Notes under the pieces: generated by a model
Databases searched by the model: none
Seen by the model: only the letters and a program-made list of their open reading frames with translations
What the model was told of the DNA's origin: nothing
DNA from: an uncultured Aquaspirillum sp.
GTDB lineage: Bacteria; Pseudomonadota; Gammaproteobacteria; Burkholderiales; Aquaspirillaceae
DNA length: 33,023 nucleotides
Direction: 5' to 3'
Assembly: GCA_964635875.1 (NCBI GenBank)
Contig: CAZWRK010000044.1
Location: 1-33,023 of the forward strand
Shown here: in pieces, positions 1-14,160 of the stretch
Layout of the letters: every line of letters begins with the position of its first letter
How positions within the stretch are numbered: position 1 is the first letter of the stretch
Translations under genes and position numbers: made by a program

Positions 1-76
1 CCTTCACGCCACTCATCAAAACGATGGGCGCTGTGCGACAATGCGCAGGGATCTTTTTTGGTGAATACAGGGGGGC

Positions 77-1384
77 ATGATGGCGATTATTGATCTGGTG
101 AAGTGGAACGGCAATCCGAGCATTTTGGCGTGGAAATTTCCATCTGAAGAGTTGTCAACGTGGACGCAATTAATCGTCAACGAAACCCAAGAAGCGTACT
201 TGGTGAAAGAGGGCGTGTATCAAGGGCCGTTTGGCGCGGGGCGGCATACCCTTTCGACCAATAATATCCCGCTGTTAACGACGCTAATTGGCCTCCCGTT
301 TGGTGGGCAATCGCCGTTTTCAGCCGAGGTGTGGTACGTCAATAAAGCGACTAATCTCGATGTGAAATGGGGGACGCCCGACCCGATTCAGCTGCAAGAC
401 CCAAAATATCAAATCATGGTGCCGGTGCGGGCGTTTGGGCAGTACGGGATTAAAGTCGTCGATCCGAAAAAATTCCTGCTTAAACTGGTCGGCACTTTGT
501 CGAGCTTTGATGTAGAAACCCTGTCTGATTATTTTAAGGGCGTATTTACCACCAAAATTAAATCCAGCATCGCCAGCGCCATCATCAAAAATGGTCAGTC
601 GGTACTCGAAATTTCGACCGAGCTGGAAACCCTCTCCGCGTTGCTTAAAGCCTCGCTTGCGCCAGAAATGGACGATTACGGCGTCGATCTGACGCAGTTC
701 AACATCCATTCGATTAATGTCCCCGAAGACGATCCCGCTGTGGTGACGCTCAAATCGGCGCTGGCGCGTCGGGCGGAGATGGGCTTGTTGGGGACGAATT
801 ATCAGCAACAACGGACCTTTGATGTGCTCGAAACCGCTGCCGGTAACGAAGGTGCCGCTGGAACGGTGTTAGGCGCTGGTATGGGTATGGGAATGGGGAT
901 GGGCATGGGAGGCATGATGGGCGGCGCGTTTACTCAATTAGCGCCGCACATGCAAACCCAGTCCGTCGCGCCGCAAGCACAGCTGAACTGCGCAAAATGC
1001 AACACGCCATACACCGCAGGGATGAAGTTCTGCGGCGGCTGTGGCAATGCCCTCGCCGCGCCCGCGACAGCCACCGCGATGCCGATGTTGAGTTGTGACA
1101 AGTGTCATGCCGAGGTGCCCAAGGGTGCGAAATTTTGCCCGCATTGCGCCGACCCCGTTTACGCCTGCCCATCGTGCGGCGAAGACAATCCGAGCGGCGC
1201 GGCGCATTGCCGTCGCTGCGGTGATGCGATGCCGATTCATTGCAGCAACTGCCAAGCCAGCGTGCCCGCACAGGCTAAATTCTGCCCTGCCTGCGGCACT
1301 AAAACCCAGCCTTCGTGCAAAAAATGTAGTGCCGACATCGTTGCGGGTGCGAAATTCTGCCCGTCGTGCGGCGAAGCGCAATAA
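77..1384 (+). CDS. SPFH/band-7 family protein, YdjI-like (COG4260-type), with a C-terminal array of five C4 zinc ribbons
   Basis: The N-terminal ~270 aa align by eye to B. subtilis YdjI-type SPFH proteins (VKWNGN...ILAWKFP..., EVWYVNKATNLDVKWGT). A (GM)n low-complexity linker is followed by 5 x [C-x2-C-x10-C-x2-C] repeats. The RBS is GGGGGG just upstream. Tandem ATG ATG at 77/80 gives two possible starts. Confidence 0.8.
   Translation: MMAIIDLVKWNGNPSILAWKFPSEELSTWTQLIVNETQEAYLVKEGVYQGPFGAGRHTLSTNNIPLLTTLIGLPFGGQSPFSAEVWYVNKATNLDVKWGTPDPIQLQDPKYQIMVPVRAFGQYGIKVVDPKKFLLKLVGTLSSFDVETLSDYFKGVFTTKIKSSIASAIIKNGQSVLEISTELETLSALLKASLAPEMDDYGVDLTQFNIHSINVPEDDPAVVTLKSALARRAEMGLLGTNYQQQRTFDVLETAAGNEGAAGTVLGAGMGMGMGMGMGGMMGGAFTQLAPHMQTQSVAPQAQLNCAKCNTPYTAGMKFCGGCGNALAAPATATAMPMLSCDKCHAEVPKGAKFCPHCADPVYACPSCGEDNPSGAAHCRRCGDAMPIHCSNCQASVPAQAKFCPACGTKTQPSCKKCSADIVAGAKFCPSCGEAQ
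878..925 (+). repeat. in-frame GGN-ATG coding microsatellite encoding GMGMGMGMGMGGMMGG
   Basis: ggt atg ggt atg gga atg ggg atg ggc atg gga ggc atg atg ggc ggc is read directly from the sequence. It is in frame with the CDS starting at 77. Confidence 0.9.
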
Positions 1385-1428
1385 GTTCATACGGGGCGCG
1401 GGCGTGAACACATCAAAAGAGGCATTCG

Positions 1429-3342
1429 ATGCGCGACAAGTGTAAAAATTGTGGGGCTGAAATTGAGTACGCAGCCTCGATTCAATCGTTGAAGTGTCCG
1501 TATTGCGACACAGTCAACGAAATCAAAAAGCCAGAAAATGCATTGCCCCAGCAGGTCGATTTGATCATTCCGCTGGCCTTAAGCGTCGAGCAGCTTGAGT
1601 CGCAGGTGTATGCCTTTATGGCCAGCGGTCATTACACGCCGGATGATATGTTGGAAGCGGCCACGTTGATTCAGCGTGAGCGTTTTTACGTACCGGCATA
1701 TCGCTTTGCAATCGAGTACGAGGCGACGTGGACGGCGTCCTTTGGCTACGACCGGCAAGAGCCGTATACGAGCTATCGGACGGTCACGGTCAACGGCCAA
1801 AGTCGCCAAGAGGCCTATACCGCATATCGCACCGTCACCGATTGGCGGCCTGCGAATGGGGTGGATGCGGGGACGTTTGTGGTGTCGGCCTATGCGGGTC
1901 AATCGCTCGCGAAATCGGCATTAACACCCGCCGATATCGTGTCTGAAGTGGCGGCGGCTGCCACCCCGACGGCGTTCAACGCCTCGTTTATGACGGGGCT
2001 GAATACGGAAGATTTTTCGATCTCGGCGTCGCAAGCTTTTCAGACGTTGGGCGGCAAAATCGACAATATGATCGGCGATAAAGTTAAGGCACATGCCCAA
2101 GGCGATCGCCAACAAGATTGGCGCTGGAATGCAAAAACCTCGCATGTCGGCAATACCGTGTATGTGCCTTTGACCCATGTGGTATTCGATTACAAAGGGC
2201 GCGAATACCACTATTGGGCAGATGGTGCCTCGGGTAAGACGATGCGCGCCGATCCTTTGCCCGAAGACGATGACCGCAAGCAATTGGTCAATAAAGGCTT
2301 TGTTCCGGTCGGCTTGGCGGCGGTCGGTGTGGCCGCTTCGTCGGCGTTGTGGTCGTTTTCATGGGCGAGTTTGGCGGCGGTGGTGGCATTGGGCGGCTAT
2401 GGTTTGCTGCGTCGCAGCGCGATTTTGGGCTATTCAAAATCGATTCGCGAGTCGCTATTGCTGCAGCGGCAAGCCTCTTCGACGGCGACCACCCGTTTGA
2501 GCGCCGAGGAGCAAGACAAATTTACCCGTGCCTTTCAAAAGCCCGAAAAGCCGTTTCTGGCGAAAACGAATCATGATTATGCGCTGATTCCCTTGCTGGC
2601 TTCGGCGGCGATGGTGATGTCCCTCGCGCCGTCTTATTTGGGGCGTCATCATGTTGCGGCGGCGGTTACGCCGCAAGCGGTGAGCCAAACGGTGACACCG
2701 CACGCGGACTTGTCGCCCAAGGTGGTTTCTCCGGTGTCGAACACACCAAACCCGCCAGTGACGCCTCCCGTGGCGACTGTGTCGAGCGGACTATCCGAGC
2801 CTCTGCGTGTTTTGTTGACCAAGGCGGAGCATGCGCAATGGTCGGAAATTGACGGGGTGGCCGCGGAGATTCGTCAGCATGCACCGTCGGTGGACAAGGG
2901 CGACCGTAAGCTGAGCCGGTCTTTGAATCAGGAAGCTACCGCATTGCTCAAAAAGGGCAATAAAGTTGGGGCGATTGAGGTGTTGCAGCGTGGTTTGGAG
3001 GCCGATCCTTCAGACATCGAAACCAAAAATGATCTTGCGTACGCCCTGCTGTTACACGGCGATCTCGCGCCCGCTGAAACCCTTTTGAATGAAGTGTTGC
3101 TCAAGGTGCCGTCGCGGTCAGCCGCATGGATGAACTTGTCAGAATTGTATGCGCGTAAAGGCGCAGAGCATGCGAGCCCATCGCTGTCTGCGATGCGTTT
3201 GGCGGTGCTCTTTAGCCGTGATCGGCAGCGTTTGAGTGCGCGCTTAAAACATGCGGCGCAAGATCATTCAGTTGCGTTGTATCGAGACACCGCAACGAAG
3301 GTGATGCAGGAGATGGGTTCGATTCCTGAAAAAGCTTCTTAA
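1429..3342 (+). CDS. membrane protein: N-terminal C4 zinc ribbon, transmembrane segments, Pro/Thr/Val-rich linker, C-terminal TPR repeats
   Basis: The N-terminus reads CKNCGAEIEY...CPYCDTVNEI (C-x2-C-x15-C-x2-C). Hydrophobic stretches are VPVGLAAVGVAASSALWSFSWASLAAVVALGGYGLL and ALIPLLASAAMVMSLAPSYLG. The linker is TPQAVSQTVTPHADLSPKVVSPVSNTPNPPVTPPVATV. The C-terminus has TPR-like helices (GNKVGAIEVLQRGLEADPSDIETKNDLAYALLLHGDLAPAETLLNEVL...AWMNLSELYARKG). It lies 44 nt downstream of the SPFH gene on the same strand and is followed by a terminator. Confidence 0.75.
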   Translation: MRDKCKNCGAEIEYAASIQSLKCPYCDTVNEIKKPENALPQQVDLIIPLALSVEQLESQVYAFMASGHYTPDDMLEAATLIQRERFYVPAYRFAIEYEATWTASFGYDRQEPYTSYRTVTVNGQSRQEAYTAYRTVTDWRPANGVDAGTFVVSAYAGQSLAKSALTPADIVSEVAAAATPTAFNASFMTGLNTEDFSISASQAFQTLGGKIDNMIGDKVKAHAQGDRQQDWRWNAKTSHVGNTVYVPLTHVVFDYKGREYHYWADGASGKTMRADPLPEDDDRKQLVNKGFVPVGLAAVGVAASSALWSFSWASLAAVVALGGYGLLRRSAILGYSKSIRESLLLQRQASSTATTRLSAEEQDKFTRAFQKPEKPFLAKTNHDYALIPLLASAAMVMSLAPSYLGRHHVAAAVTPQAVSQTVTPHADLSPKVVSPVSNTPNPPVTPPVATVSSGLSEPLRVLLTKAEHAQWSEIDGVAAEIRQHAPSVDKGDRKLSRSLNQEATALLKKGNKVGAIEVLQRGLEADPSDIETKNDLAYALLLHGDLAPAETLLNEVLLKVPSRSAAWMNLSELYARKGAEHASPSLSAMRLAVLFSRDRQRLSARLKHAAQDHSVALYRDTATKVMQEMGSIPEKAS

Positions 3343-3360
3343 GTGTTGTGCATGAAAAAA

Positions 3361-3382
3361 CCCCGCCGAGGCGGGGTTTTTT
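3361..3382. terminator. bidirectional Rho-independent terminator (ccccgcc-gagg-cggggtttttt) between convergent genes
   Basis: A perfect 7-bp GC stem with a 4-nt loop is flanked by an A-run (3354-3360) and a T-run (3377-3382). Confidence 0.85.
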
Positions 3383-3401
3383 GTGCGGACGTGTGCGGTG
3401 A

Positions 3402-9322
<5,921 letters not shown>

Positions 9323-9647
9323 ACCAACGTGCCTACATCGAACATTAAAGGGATGTTTCGATTGTAAGGCCGAGTCTTTCCGCTTCGCAAACTGTTTTTG
9401 TGCACTGCGTAAATCGAATTAGTTTTTTGATTTTTAAGGAAAAAACGTTAAAAAGTGCGAATTGTCTTTGGCATAAGGTGATAAAAACTTCTGTGAAACG
9501 GACAAAATTCTTCAAAAAAGCGACGGAAAAACCTACGGAAACGCACAATTTTAGTGCCGAGACTCCGCATTTTTGTGCATTTTATGACCGTCTTATGGAA
9601 GGCGCATCTTCGGTTTCTCAGTTGTGAGATGCGCCTTGTGTGATCGC
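9323..9647 (-). promoter_or_regulatory. gltBD promoter/leader region (325 nt, AT-richer than flanks)
   Basis: A long non-coding gap lies upstream of the gltB start. Direct repeats ACGGAAA-N5-ACGGAAA occur at about 9521-9539. The promoter elements are not resolved by eye. Confidence 0.4.
9599..9637 (-). terminator. hairpin downstream of hemF (aaggcgcatct ... agatgcgcctt), possible terminator
   Basis: An 11-bp inverted repeat with a 17-nt loop sits 10 nt after the hemF stop. No clean T-run follows on the minus strand. Confidence 0.3.
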
Positions 9648-10562
9648 TTAAGCCGTGGCGAGCCAGTCGCGGCCAATTAAAAAATCGGTCAACAAACGGG
9701 CTTCGGCGCTGTCTTGCGGCGGTTGCCAGTCGTAGCGCCATTTCACCACCGGCGGCATCGACATCAAGATCGACTCGGTGCGGCCACCCGACTGCAAACC
9801 AAACAGCGTGCCACGGTCGTATACCAAGTTAAATTCAACATAACGCCCACGGCGATACGCCTGCCAATCCCGCGCTAATTCGGTGTACTCGGTGTCTTGC
9901 CGCCGTGCCACGATCGGCGCATACGCCGCTAAAAAGTGGTCGCCCACTGAGCGGGTTAAGGCAAAACAGGTTTCAAAATCCATCGAATTCAAATCATCAA
10001 AGAAAATGCCGCCGACGCCGCGCGGTTCTTGGCGATGTTTGAGATAGAAATAACGGTCGCACCACGCTTTAAATTCAGGGTGAAAGTGTTCGCCAAACGG
10101 CGCTAAGGCCTGTTGGCAGGTGCGGTGAAAATGCACCGCATCCTCTTCGAAACCATAATACGGCGTCAGATCCATGCCGCCCCCAAACCACCACACCGGC
10201 TCTTTTCCCTCAGCCGTCGCGACAAAAACCCGCACATTCATATGCACGGTTGGAATGTAGGGATTGCGGGGGTGTAACACCAACGAAACGCCCATCGCTT
10301 CAAAGCCGCGCCCCGCTAATTCTGGGCGGCTTGCGGTGGCCGACGGCGGTAAATTCGCGCCGCGCACATGCGAGAAGTTCACGCCGCCGCGCTCAAACAA
10401 TTCGCCCTCTTCGATGACACAGGACATTCCGCCGCCGCCTTCTTCGCGCACCCAGCTATCACGAATAAACGGCTTGTTGCCGCCATCTAAAGCTTCTAAA
10501 CCCGCAACAATATCGGCCTGCAAACCGGTGAAATACGCTTTGAGCGCATCAATTTCAATCAT
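9648..10562 (-). CDS. hemF: oxygen-dependent coproporphyrinogen III oxidase
   Basis: Strong similarity to E. coli HemF: [78 protein letters not shown]. Confidence 0.92.
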   Translation of the reverse strand: MIEIDALKAYFTGLQADIVAGLEALDGGNKPFIRDSWVREEGGGGMSCVIEEGELFERGGVNFSHVRGANLPPSATASRPELAGRGFEAMGVSLVLHPRNPYIPTVHMNVRVFVATAEGKEPVWWFGGGMDLTPYYGFEEDAVHFHRTCQQALAPFGEHFHPEFKAWCDRYFYLKHRQEPRGVGGIFFDDLNSMDFETCFALTRSVGDHFLAAYAPIVARRQDTEYTELARDWQAYRRGRYVEFNLVYDRGTLFGLQSGGRTESILMSMPPVVKWRYDWQPPQDSAEARLLTDFLIGRDWLATA

Positions 10563-10587
10563 GATTCATCTTTCTATTTAAGCGGAG

Positions 10588-11733
10588 TTAGGCAAGCGCT
10601 TGGCGCAAATCGGCGAGCAAATCGTTCACATCTTCAATCCCAATCGAGAGGCGCAATAGCCCTTCCCGAATCCCCGCTTGCGCTTTGACTTCTGCAGGCA
10701 TTGAGCCATGCGACATGCTTGCCGAGTGATTCACGATCGACTCCACACCACCCAGCGATTCGCCCAATAAAAACAGCTGCAAGCGATTGGCGACGCGCGC
10801 CGCTGCCGCTTGGCTGTTGTCCTTCAAATAAATCGAAACCACCCCGCCGAAACCACGCATTTGTCGACACGCCAACGCATGTTGTGGATGCGACGGCAGC
10901 CCCGGATAAAAAACCTGCTCAATCGCTGGATGTGACTGCAAAAACTCCGCGATGATTTGGGCGTTTTCGCAGTGGCGCTGCATGCGCAATGCGAGGGTTT
11001 TCATGCCGCGATGGACTAAATAACAATCCATTGGCCCCGGCACATTGCCCGCCGAAGCCAGCACCAAGCGTAAGGCCTGATAGCGTGCCTCATCGCGCAC
11101 GGCAACCATGCCCATCACCACATCTGAATGGCCGCCTAAATACTTCGTCGCGGAGTGCATGACAAAATCGACGCCAAAATCGAGCGGATTTTGTAAGTAC
11201 GGCGAAGCAAAGGTGTTGTCGATGGCGACCGGTACCCCAGCGGCGTGGGCAAGCGCGGCAATCGCTTCAATATCGACCAGCTTTAACAGCGGATTGGTCG
11301 GCGATTCTAGCCAGACCAGCTTCACCGCAGGCGTCAGCGCGGCGGCTAAGTTGGCGGGGTCGGTGAGGTCTAAAAAGCGAACCGTCACACCTGCGGGCGC
11401 ATACATCCGCGTCAACAGCCGATACGCCCCACCGTAAATATCCGCGACCGCAATCACTTCGTCGCCGGGTTTGAGGGTGGCGCGGAAAATCGCATCAATC
11501 GCCGCCATGCCGCTGCCAAAAGCCAAGGCATGAGTGGCATTTTCTAAGCTGGCAAGGGCCGCTTCTGCCGCGCTGCGGGTTGGATTGGAAACGCGCGAAT
11601 AACTATGGATCGGGTCCGCGCCCAAGTGTTCGTGAACAAACAGCGAGGTTTGGACAATTGGCGGATTGGCCGAAAATTGATTTTCTGGACCGGCATGATA
11701 TCCGGCGTGAATGGCGCGGGTGGCGAATTCCAT
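10588..11733 (-). CDS. PLP-dependent Cys/Met-metabolism enzyme (cystathionine beta-lyase/gamma-synthase family)
   Basis: The trans-sulfuration fold is visible in AIHAG...FVHEH, SRVSNPT, the SATKYLGGHSDVVMG PLP-lysine region, and LGGVESIV...SHGSMP near the C-terminus. Whether it is MetC-like or MetB-like cannot be decided by eye. Confidence 0.8.
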   Translation of the reverse strand: MEFATRAIHAGYHAGPENQFSANPPIVQTSLFVHEHLGADPIHSYSRVSNPTRSAAEAALASLENATHALAFGSGMAAIDAIFRATLKPGDEVIAVADIYGGAYRLLTRMYAPAGVTVRFLDLTDPANLAAALTPAVKLVWLESPTNPLLKLVDIEAIAALAHAAGVPVAIDNTFASPYLQNPLDFGVDFVMHSATKYLGGHSDVVMGMVAVRDEARYQALRLVLASAGNVPGPMDCYLVHRGMKTLALRMQRHCENAQIIAEFLQSHPAIEQVFYPGLPSHPQHALACRQMRGFGGVVSIYLKDNSQAAAARVANRLQLFLLGESLGGVESIVNHSASMSHGSMPAEVKAQAGIREGLLRLSIGIEDVNDLLADLRQALA

Positions 11734-11855
11734 TGGCGTGTCGCTTTTGTTGAATCGGCAAGAGGCGCGAGCTTAACAGCCCCGTTCCCCCTCGTCAGCC
11801 CACGCGGTGGATTCCATGCAATCGGCGCGGACAGCCAGCGACAAATACCGTTACC

Positions 11856-13070
11856 ATGACAGTCCTTGACGCAACTGGACGCCGCGCCATGAATCAGAAT
11901 TCTTCGATTTTTACCGATAGCGTGTCGCTACTCGACACCCTGATTGCTTTTGATACCACCAGCCGAGTTTCTAACCTTGGTCTGATTGAATGGGTGCGCG
12001 ATCAACTCGCTGCCCTTGGCATTAAAAGCCGCCTCAGTTTTGACGCCAGCGGCGGCAAAGCCAATTTATTTGCCACCATCGGCGAAGGTTCCGGCGGCAT
12101 TGTGCTGTCGGGGCATAGCGATGTGGTGCCGACCGATGGACAAGCGTGGAGCAGTGATCCTTTTATTGCGCGTCACGCGGATGGCCGGATTTATGGCCGT
12201 GGCACCGCCGACATGAAAGGTTTTATTGCCTGCGCGTTGGCCGCTGTGCCCCGCGCGCTGGAGCACACCTTGCACCGCCCACTGCATATCGCCCTCACCT
12301 ACGACGAGGAAATCGGCTGCATTGGCGTGCGTACGCTGCTGGAAGATTTAGCGCAGGCGGGCATTCGTCCCGAAAGCTGCGTGGTCGGCGAGCCAACCGG
12401 AATGCGCCCGATCATCGCCCACAAAGGCCGCCAAAGCTTTCGCTGTCGGGTGCGGGGACGCGAGGCGCATTCTTCGCTCGCGCCGCAAGCGGTCAACGCG
12501 ATTGAATATGCCGCCCGTTTGATTGTGCGGCTCCAAGATTTCGCGCGCGAAGAAGCTCAGAACGGCTTTCGCGCCGAAGGCTTTGACATCCCCTTTTCGA
12601 CCTTGGCGACGGGAACGATTAAAGGCGGCATTGCTTCGAATGTGATTCCGCGTGATTGCGAATTCACTTTTGAATATCGCTATTTGCCGGGGGTCGATCC
12701 CGATGCCTTGGTGAACAATTTGAAACACTATGCCGCCACGCTTGAACAAGAAATGCGGCAAATTGACACCAGTTGTCAGATTGCATTTGAACAAGAAACC
12801 CATGCTGCAAGCTTCGATGCGACTCAGCACGCGGATTTCGTCAACTTCGCGCGGACGTTGTGCGGCCAGCAATCGGCCTCGAAAGTGGCGTATGCCACCG
12901 AAGCGGGGTTTTTCCAGCGTGCGGGCATTGCGACGGTGGTGTGTGGGCCGGGTTGGATTACTGAAGCCCATCGCCCCGATGAGTTTGTCGAAATCAGCCA
13001 GCTGCGTCGTTGTGATCAATTTTTAGCGGATTTGGTCGCCAGTTTGCAGCATTTAACCCCGAAAAAATAA
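11856..13070 (+). CDS. argE: acetylornithine deacetylase (M20 peptidase family)
   Basis: Collinear with E. coli ArgE: SGHSDVVP, GRGTADMKGF, DEEIG, GEPTG..AHKG, NAIE. Alignment with E. coli suggests the real start may be the in-frame ATG at 11889 (MNQNSS). Neither start has a strong SD. Confidence 0.8.
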   Translation: MTVLDATGRRAMNQNSSIFTDSVSLLDTLIAFDTTSRVSNLGLIEWVRDQLAALGIKSRLSFDASGGKANLFATIGEGSGGIVLSGHSDVVPTDGQAWSSDPFIARHADGRIYGRGTADMKGFIACALAAVPRALEHTLHRPLHIALTYDEEIGCIGVRTLLEDLAQAGIRPESCVVGEPTGMRPIIAHKGRQSFRCRVRGREAHSSLAPQAVNAIEYAARLIVRLQDFAREEAQNGFRAEGFDIPFSTLATGTIKGGIASNVIPRDCEFTFEYRYLPGVDPDALVNNLKHYAATLEQEMRQIDTSCQIAFEQETHAASFDATQHADFVNFARTLCGQQSASKVAYATEAGFFQRAGIATVVCGPGWITEAHRPDEFVEISQLRRCDQFLADLVASLQHLTPKK

Positions 13071-13071
13071 T

Positions 13072-14160
13072 ATGAAATCGTCCCTGCGACCCCGCTTGCT
13101 GGCCAGCATCGTTTTGCTGGCCTTATTTGGATTAGGCATTCTGCTGTGGTATTCGATGGTGGGCAGCGTGGTGCCGGTGTACCACGTCAAAAGCACACAT
13201 CTGAAACAAACTTTGGTGGCGACGGGGCGCGTCACCTCACAGGTCGATGCTGAGTTGGGCAGTATGTTGACCGGACGGGTTGCCGCCACGCCCGTGGAGG
13301 AAGGGAGTCCGGTGAAACGCGGCGAAGTGTTGCTCGAGTTGGAAGATGCCGAAATTCGCGCCAATCTGGCGCTGGCTGAAGCGGGATTGGCGCAAGCGGA
13401 TTCGACTCTAGCCGAGGCAGAGAGCTTGTACATTCGACAAGCAGAGCTGGCGCGAAAAGGGTTTATCAGCGCCGCTGCGCTCGAAAACGAGTTGAAGCAA
13501 CGCAATTTGGCGCGGATTGCGCGTGATGCGGCGTTGGCGCAGCGCGATGCGACGGCGGCGCGCCTGTCTCAGTACGTGATTCGTGCGCCGGGCGATGGCT
13601 GGCTGATTCGGCGCGATGTGAATGCGGGTGATTTGCTGAATGCCGGCGAGGCGGCTTTGGGCTTTGCCAGTGAGGGTGAGCGCGAGGTGCGGGTCGATGC
13701 CGATGAACGTTATTTGTCGAGTTTGGAAGTCGGGCAGTCGGCGCGGATTGTCGCGGATGCATGGCCGCATGCGCCCTTTGAAGCGACGGTGCGGCGGATT
13801 GGCGCGCAGGTCGATCGCAATCGGGGCACCGTCGAGTTGCGCCTGAAGCTCAAAGAAGTCCCCGAATTTTTGAAGGACGACATGACAGTCTCGGCGGATA
13901 TTTTGATTGCCAGCAAGGTCGAGGCGATGGTGTTGAGTCTGGACTGTATTCGTGATTTGGCGGTGCGGCCGTGGGTGGTGCGAATCAATGCCGAAGGGCG
14001 GATGGAGCGGGTTGAGGTGTTGCTGGGCGGGCGCAATGAGCAGCATATTGAGATTTTGGCGGGCCTGAAAATGGGCGATGCCGTGATTCCGGCCAATATT
14101 CGTTTTTCGCCGGGACAGAAAGTCCGTACCGAAGCTGCGCCTGAGCCTGAGGTCGAATAA
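13072..14160 (+). CDS. efflux transporter periplasmic adaptor subunit (HlyD/MacA/DevB-type membrane fusion protein)
   Basis: An N-terminal signal-anchor is followed by an Ala/Leu-rich coiled-coil segment (EIRANLALAEAGLAQADSTLAEAE...RDAALAQRDATAARL) and beta-barrel/lipoyl-like regions. It starts 1 nt after the argE stop. Confidence 0.8.
   Translation: MKSSLRPRLLASIVLLALFGLGILLWYSMVGSVVPVYHVKSTHLKQTLVATGRVTSQVDAELGSMLTGRVAATPVEEGSPVKRGEVLLELEDAEIRANLALAEAGLAQADSTLAEAESLYIRQAELARKGFISAAALENELKQRNLARIARDAALAQRDATAARLSQYVIRAPGDGWLIRRDVNAGDLLNAGEAALGFASEGEREVRVDADERYLSSLEVGQSARIVADAWPHAPFEATVRRIGAQVDRNRGTVELRLKLKEVPEFLKDDMTVSADILIASKVEAMVLSLDCIRDLAVRPWVVRINAEGRMERVEVLLGGRNEQHIEILAGLKMGDAVIPANIRFSPGQKVRTEAAPEPEVE

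Noticed and set aside
29-60. Terminator of an upstream gene at the window start (gcgc...gcgc plus TTTTTT)
   Set aside because: The stem is only 4 bp. The T-run may simply be part of the promoter or RBS region of the SPFH gene.
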